DNA from: Tubiluchus corallicola
Lineage: Eukaryota > Animalia > Priapulida
DNA length: 64,000 bases
Assembly: GCA_030141605.1 (NCBI GenBank)
Contig: JAQGDQ010000310.1
Span: 1 to 64,000, forward strand
Direction of reading: 5' to 3'
The notes below the pieces were generated by a model, which saw nothing but the letters and a program-made list of their open reading frames with translations, did not search any database and had not been told where the DNA came from. Both the position numbers and the translations under genes were made by a program. Shown here piece after piece: positions 36,202 through 64,000 of this stretch (position 1 is its first letter; every line of letters begins with the position of its first letter).

Positions 36202-37583
36202 GTCCACACTAAAATGGTGACGAAATTCAAAACAGCAAGCTCCAAAAGTTAAAGTTAGCACTTTCAAGATTAAAATGTTTTAAAACTTATAAAATAATAA
36301 ACTACAACTAATTGCCGGCTAAACTAAAAGTTGAAAAATATTGACGGGAACAATTACTGAATGTCACCACCAGATGGCAAAAGTTCAGTATTTTCGTTGG
36401 TGACTAATTTTTGTAGTAACGACGAGCAAGCTCTTTAGCAAATTATAGAGTCTAGACAATTAAACCACAGTGTTTGTTAAATAAGTAAATTTTACCTTCA
36501 AATGTTGTGAAATGTACAAAAATATAACTTGTAAAGTACTGTAATTTGTATAATTTCGTCGTACAAATATATTTTAGAAATTTAGCTCACATTATTTAGC
36601 ACCTCATTAGTTAATTCAGGGACGTCATGGAAAAACATTTAGTAGAGGAAAAGTTTTGTCTGAATTTCTTTTTTAATGTGGTTAGATGCGTAAAAAGACT
36701 ATACATTGGGGATATAATTTAAAACTCTTTTAAGTGAGCACTTGTCTTAAAATGTTAATTTTTTGTAAATTTTCATTTTCAGCAGTTATAGTTATTCAGT
36801 GGACTAATCTACCTAACACGTTTAAAGCTTTAAATAGAAGATTACTTTTCTTCTTTCTTCTTCAATGTGTCATTCCATCTATTGTAGACATTGAGGAAAA
36901 TATACATTTTTTATATTAAAATTTTGTCTATATTTAACGTTTATTGGAGGTGATTATTATTAAAATTATTATTATCATTATGAAAAATATTGCGTCTTTG
37001 TGAATGTTGTTGCTTAATTCTAACCCTAGTCATAACAGAAGAGAGGCAGTACAAAACAAATTATTACAGACATAATGCAAAGGAGGAATTTGTGACTAAT
37101 AAGGCGAAGAAAAATTCTTACTGATTACTGCGTCCAGTCACTTCAAACTAAACATGTTTAGCCTGGCTGGCAAATGATTGCATAATAATTGTGGCAAAAG
37201 CAATTTGTGAAAGATTTCACTTTCACCTGCTGTATTACTCGTGGGTATATCGTGTAATGACCGTGTTGATCTTGAAGGACAATCTCTATGCAACCAACAT
37301 GGTTAATTGAAATAAGACACTTCTGCAAAACCAGTGTCTCATCTTAAGGGATTATGTTTCATAATAACACAGATTCAATTGGTCCCAATGCACTACATTT
37401 AAGGCCCTGACACCTGCTCCCCGGCCCCCAGAATACTTGTGCAGTTTTGTCTTATGCAAAAAATGCTGCTTCTTTTTATACTAGCTTGCAAATACAATGC
37501 AGCCAAAACCAAATCCGTATGAGTTAATTCAGGCATAAAGTACGTGTACAAATAAAATGCTTTTGTGAGAAAAACCCATCAAG

Positions 37584-38243
37584 CAGCGACGGATACAGGT
37601 TTTAGAAAAAGGGTGGGAAAAGAGAAAAAGCAGCTAGGGGGTCTTGGTCATGGTGAGTAGTGAGTAAAAAAGACTTGTTGTGAACTGGTCGAATTTCGTC
37701 TCTTACTTAGTCTGAAAAAAATATTTCTTGATAATTTACTGAGATGCACGCTTAATACGTGAATAACCTTCATTAACAAGGGCGGATGCAGGCTTTAGAA
37801 AAGGGGTCGGCTCAACGAAAAACCAGCTAGGTGGTCTGGGGAACCGCCGAAAGCTTCCACCACCCCACCCCCGGCTGCCAATGCATTTTAGACCATTTTT
37901 CTTACTATTTCTTGAAGCAAATTCAATAGTTTAAAACTCATTATGTCACCTCAAACTTTTGACTCTTAATTACATAGCAATATACTAGTATACACACTAG
38001 TATAGCATATAATTGCGCACAGCGACATCTTTGCCAAAAATTTCAATTATTACTTAAAGGGCACCAATGTTTTCACACTGAAATCATTAATGCAGAACTT
38101 TTTACACGATATAAGCCATTAAAAGCTACCACTAGACGTTCTAAAGCTTATAATCCAGAGAAGATATTCACTTGGTGCAATGTAACTGCTACTATGAAAG
38201 GGTGGGCCAGGCCTCTTGGGCCCACCCTCTAAATCTGCCACTG
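37584..38243. mobile_element. Composite CAGTGGCGG-type TIR element containing captured glucosidase intron sequence
   Basis: 37647-38243 is an inverted copy of 43381-44108 (one internal segment differs); an extra element start lies at 37584. Confidence 0.75.
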
Positions 38244-39422
38244 TTAAGTACCATATGCCAAGGTTTAACATGGAAGACAAAGCAATTTATGCATAAAGTC
38301 TAACATACAAGACAAAAACAAGAGTCAGTTCATAGAATTTCACAGTTTTTATTATATAACAACATGAGATTTTATAAGGTATAAATTCAACCTACCAGTA
38401 AAGCAGCACTGTATGCACCATGACAGTTTGGAAAAAGAATAGAACATATATGCATGGTACTGGCACTACACACATTCACATGGTGCATCTATCACAAAAA
38501 AATAAGAATAGCTGCCCGAGTAAAAAATTCTGATTATCATTTTGCAATCGTCATTGTATGTAATAAGAACAATTACAGAAAGTGAAATCGCTATTAAATT
38601 TACAGTATAGCAAATATACTTAAATTCACTTAGACTTTATAACTTCATCCTCCTTTCGGGATTTCTATCTAACATGTGCAAAAATAACACTACAGTTAGA
38701 AAAACCATCAACAGCATTAATTACAATGATGTCTACACCTTGCATATTACCCGTAAATTCCTGTTTAAGTACGTCAGAGAAAAAAAGCATTCACACTTTA
38801 CAAAATTCCTGAAGTGTTTTTACTTAAATTCTAAAAGGAGGCATCTTCAGTATCACCTATCTACAATGAGAATAAAAACTAACTCGAAAAAACCGACAAA
38901 AAGTGGCTTGTCAGCATCTTTATATAATGTGAATGAAAATAGCCACTATCAAAGAAAATAAATAATATCTGTAAAAAAACGAACGTATAAAAGGTATCGG
39001 AATAAGGTAGAAGAATTTTACAACAAAACAACAGTAACTAATGGGTCTATAATAGGCACTAGAGGATATTATAAAACTATCATTCATTTTCTATATATAA
39101 TTCACTTTAATTCATTATACTAGCCTGATTGTCTTGTTGCATTTTGCACTTTACGTGTTTGCAATCATTGCGCATGTTATGCGACAGACAGACAGACAGA
39201 CATCAGGAGTCTATAATGATTCAACATGATTGTCACTATTTTTATTTTCTACAGCTTTATACACATAAATGAATTTAGTTAGCACTGCATTTTTCTAAAC
39301 ATGCTAAAGTCAATTTTGTTCCAAGCTGGAGAAAACTAGTATTAAAAACAAACAAAAAGAAACACGTGTAAAAATATGTATAAAAATGTGATATTAAATC
39401 CTCTCACAGTTTCCTCTTAAAC

Positions 39423-40005
39423 CAGTGTTGGGATAGTTCCTTGCTAATATAACTATTACAGTTAAGAGTCATGTTTTTGAAAAACATAACTTGATATAGC
39501 TGTCAAGAAAAGTAACTAGTTATAGTTCTTTTATAGTTATAGTTCTTTGCAGTTATAGTTCTTTTTCTACCATCCGAAAGATAACCTGGTCACAGGTACA
39601 GTTCCTTTTCTACCATCAGAAAAATAACTAGTTACAGTTAAAGTTGATTTAAAAAGGAACTCTATTATGACTATGAAGTTCACATGTCTGGTAAGGGTAC
39701 TACATCATCAAAATTCACTCTAGAATGATGTTGCACTGCTCATTTGCACGGCCTGAACTACCGTGCAACAACAATCGACTGTAGAGTACTGGAAGAGGAG
39801 AATAATGGACAGAGTACAATTTTTATACGACGTGCAGTCATCAAACTTTTGGTCTGATGCTAGACAAATGTAACGATAAAATACCCGTATAACTACGTGA
39901 TTAGTAGTTAACTTCTAAAAATTGTAACTAGATACAGTTAGAGTTCCACAATTTTGGACTATTTTTGGAACAAGTTACATTTGTAATGCGTTACTCTCAT
40001 CACTG
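39423..40005. mobile_element. hAT-like element (CAGTGTTGGG...CTCATCACTG) with GTAACTAGTTAC motifs
   Basis: Inverted termini; right half homologous to 45540-45810. Confidence 0.7.
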
Positions 40006-40425
40006 GTTAACAAGTATCTCTAAACATGAAAGAGCAGTCTTATAAATGCAGTATAAAGCTGGTTTCTCTTAATAAGCAGTACTAATTTCATCACAGATAG
40101 TGAAACAGGATATATGGCACAAAGTATATGGCACTATTATCAGAAATACAGGCCGATTTACCGAAACTGCCATTAGCTTAATAGAAATGATTAAAAGACA
40201 ATAGTATATTGGCAAATCTAATAACAACGTGAAAACTTAAAAAAAAACTGATTTTCAAACATCTGTGTAAAAGCATCTTATAAGTTGTTGCAACAAATAT
40301 AAATTTTTCACTACATTATATATACGTATGACATAAAGAAATAAAATATTTATTGCATACACAATTCCCTGTATAGAATAGAATGATAAGGTGTGACAGG
40401 AAGGTCACAGTTTCTCTTTACCCAG

Positions 40426-60610
<20,185 letters not shown>

Positions 60611-60764
60611 CTAGTGAGACAATAAGGTTATTGCTAAAATTATTGTAACAGTGGCGACTCTATAGGCGTTAGTAATTTACGAATTATGAACCTGCGTCCA
60701 TTGAAGAGAACACGAGTTGTAAATTTTCCACTTTTACTTCCACCAAAAAGGTTATAATTAGAGG

Positions 60765-63634
60765 CTGTTGAGTCAGTCGCTACTACATCAGTTGACTCAC
60801 ACAGTAAATCAGCTAGATCGGTTGAAGCTGACTCACACGGTAAATCATCTAGCTTGGCCGAAGCTGAGTCTGTTGCTACTACATCAGCTGACTCACACAG
60901 TAAATCGGCTAGCTCGGCTGAAGCTGAGTCAGTTGTTACTAGATGAGTTGACTCGCACAGTAAATCACCTAGCTCGGCTGAAGCTGAGTCACTTGCTACT
61001 GCATCAGCTGACTCACACGGTAAATCATCTAGCTTGGCCGAAGCTGAGTCTGTTGCTACTACATCAGCTGACTCACACAGTAAATCAGCTAGCTCAACTG
61101 AAGGTAAGTCAGTTGCTACTACATCAGCTGACTCACACAGTAAATCGGCTAGCTCGGCTGAAGCTGAGTCAGTTGCTACTACATCAGCTGACTCACACAG
61201 TAAATCAGCTAGCTCGACTGAACCTGAGTCAGTTGCTACTACATCAGCTGACTCACACGGTAAATCAGCTAGCTCGGCTGAAGCTGAGTCAGTTGCTACG
61301 ACATAAGCTGACTCACAATAAATCAGCTAGCTCAACTGAAGCTAAGTCAGTTGCTACTACATCAGCTGACTCACACAGTAAATCAGCTAGCTCGGCTGAA
61401 GCTGAGTCAGTTGCTACTACATCAGCTGACTCACACAGTAAATCGGCTAGCTCGGCTGAAGCTGAGTCAGTTGTTACTAGATGAGTTGACTCGCACAGTA
61501 AATCACCTAGCTCGGCTGAAGCTGAGTCACTTGCTACTGCATCAGCTGACTCACACGGTAAATCATCTAGCTTGGCCGAAGCTGAGTCTGTTGCTACTAC
61601 ATCAGCTGACTCACACAGTAAATCAGCTAGCTCAACTGAAGGTAAGTCAGTTGCTACTACATCAGCTGACTCACACAGTAAATCGGCTAGCTCGGCTGAA
61701 GCTGAGTCAGTTGCTACTACATCAGCTGACTCACACAGTAAATCAGCTAGCTCGACTGAACCTGAGTCAGTTGCTACTACATCAGCTGACTCACACGGTA
61801 AATCAGCTAGCTCGGCTGAAGCTGAGTCAGTTGCTACGACATAAGCTGACTCACAATAAATCAGCTAGCTCAACTGAAGCTAAGTCAGTTGCTACTACAT
61901 CAGCTGACTCACACAGTAAATCAGCTAGCTCGGCTGAAGCTGAGTCAGTTGCTACTACATAAGCTGACTCACACAGTAAATCAGCTAGCTCGGCTGAAGC
62001 TGAGTCAGTTGTTACTACATCAGCTGACTCACACAGTAAATCAGCTAGCTCGGCTGAAGCGGAGTCACTTGCTACTACATCAGCTGACACACATGGTAAA
62101 TCAGCTAGCTCGGCTGAAGCTGAGTCAGTTGCTACTACATCAGCTGACTCACACGGTAAATCAGCTAGCTCGGCTGAAGCTGAGTCAGTTGCTACTACAT
62201 CAGCTGACTCACACGGTAAATCAGCTAGCTCGGCTGAAGCTGAGTTAGTTGCTACTACATCAGCTGACTCACACGGTAAATCAGCTAGCTCGACTGAAGC
62301 TGAGTCAGTTGCTACTAAATCAGCTGACTCACGCAGTAAATCAGCTAACTCGGCTGAAGCTGACTCAGTTGCTACTACATAAGCTGACTCACACGGTAAA
62401 TCAGCTAGCTCGGCTGAAGCTGACTCAGTTGCTACTACATCAGCTGACTCACACGGTAAATCAGCTAGCTCGGCTGAAGCTGACTCAGTTGCTACTACAT
62501 AAGCTGACTCACACGGTAAATCAGCTAGCTCGGCTGAAGCTTAGTCAGTTGCTACTACATCAGCTGACTCACACAGTAAATCAGCTAGCTCGGCTGAAGC
62601 TGAGTCAGTTGCTACGACATAAGCTGACTCACACCGTAAATCAGCTAGCTCGGCTGAAGCTGAGTCAGTTGCTACGACATAAGCTGACTCACAATAAATC
62701 AGCTAGCTCGGCTGAAGCTGAGTCAGTTGCTACTACATCAGCTGACTGACACAGTAAATCAACTAGCTCAACTGAAGGTAAGTCAGTTGCTACTACATCA
62801 GCTGACTCACACGGTAAATCAGCTAGCTCGGCTGAAGCTGAGTCAGTTGCTACTACATCAGCTGACTCACACAGTAAATCGGCTAGCTCGACTGAAGCTG
62901 AGTCAGTTGCTACTACATAAGCTGACTCACACGGTAAATCAGCTAGCTCGGCTGAAGCTGACTCAGTTGCTACTACATAAGCTGACTCACACGGTAAATC
63001 GGCTAGCTCGGCTGAAGCTGAGTCAGTTGCTACTACATCAGCTGACTCACACAGTAAATCAGCTAGCTCGACTGAAGCTGAGTCAGTTGCTACTACATCA
63101 GCTGACTCACACAGTAAATCGGCTAGCTCGACTGAAGCTGAGTCAGTTGCTACTACATCAGCTGACTCACACAGTAAATCAGCTAGCTCGGCTGAAGCTG
63201 AGTCAGTTGCTACGACATAAGCTGACTCACAATAAATCAGCTAGCTTGGCCGAAGCTGAGTCAGTTGCTACTACGTCAGCTGACTCATACAGTAAATCAG
63301 CTAGCTTGGCTGAAGCTGAGTCAGTTGCTACTACATCAGCTGACTCACACAGTAAATCGGCTAGCTCGGCTGAAGCTGAGTCAGTTGCTACGACATAAGC
63401 TGACTCACAATAAATCAGCTAGCTTGGCCGAAGCTGAGTCAGTTGCTACTACATCAGCTGACTCACACAGTAAATCAGCTAGCTTGGCCGAAGCTGAGTC
63501 AGTTGCTACTACATCAGCTGACTCACACAGTAAATCAGCTAGCTCGGCTGAAGCTGAGTCAGTTGCTACGACATAAGCTGACTCACAATAAATCAGCTAG
63601 CTTGGCCGAAGCTGAGTCAGTTGCTACTACATCA
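60765..63634. repeat. 60-bp minisatellite GCTGAGTCAGTTGCTACTACATCAGCTGACTCACACAGTAAATCAGCTAGCTCGGCTGAA (~48 units)
   Basis: Direct reading; 538-bp higher-order duplication (identical ORFs at 61034 and 61572); followed by a hAT-like end CTCCCATCACTG at 63730. Confidence 0.95.
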
Positions 63635-64000
63635 TATTTGAACCAGTGATTTGCAGTGTCACGTGATTATCGCAAGAGCGAAAATCTTCGCAACCGTCAA
63701 AAATGTCGGCTAGCTCGACTCCCATCACTGAGCAGTTGGCTCAACTAAAAGCTGGGTTTCTCATTGGCTAGGTCGACAGTAGAAATAAACCGGCTCGAGT
63801 TAAGCTGAAAAGGCGTGGCTCTGGCCTCTAGATATAATGCTTTCGTTACAACTGGTTTGTTAGCTAATTAACAATTATGTAAAAACTATTTCACTGATTT
63901 CCACGAAACTTTCCGGAAAGGCGCAACAAAGGCAAGGAAGAATAATTACAATAATAGCTATGCTCGATTAAGAATTGAAAGAGAAAATCTATTTTATTTG

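Noticed and set aside
60768-63649. Long repeat ORFs (LLHQLTHTVNQLARLKLSQ; SASSAEAESVATT mucin-like)
   Set aside because: A stop-free 60-bp unit gives ORFs automatically; frames are broken by 58-bp units and the array lies in a glucosidase intron.

Overview
AT-rich, repeat-dense eukaryotic (invertebrate-metazoan-like) genomic DNA. Most ORFs in the supplied track are artefacts of micro/minisatellites. I reconstructed two spliced protein-coding genes by hand, both on the minus strand and head-to-tail. The first is a complete 15-exon ANAPC7 (APC/C subunit 7; ATG 36201, stop 13159; 1650 nt CDS, 549 aa). The second is the last 12 coding exons (598 aa, 60610..40426) of a GH63-type (alpha/alpha)6 glycoside hydrolase of the yeast YMR196W / bacterial 'glucosidase' type, whose 5' exons lie beyond the window. 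All reconstructed introns are GT-AG with matching phases. Introns and flanks hold many non-autonomous DNA transposons (hAT-, Tc1/mariner- and Kolobok-like), two copies of a tRNA-derived SINE, LINE 3' relics and about 15 minisatellites. Most unusual: a 12-unit tandem array built from the ANAPC7 exon-11/intron-11 junction, which multiplies the 5' splice site; a decayed 5'ETS-18S rDNA fragment in ANAPC7 intron 8; an inverted duplication that captured a glucosidase splice donor; and several arrays that expanded inside hAT-like elements. Family assignments rest on recalled sequence motifs; no database searches were run.
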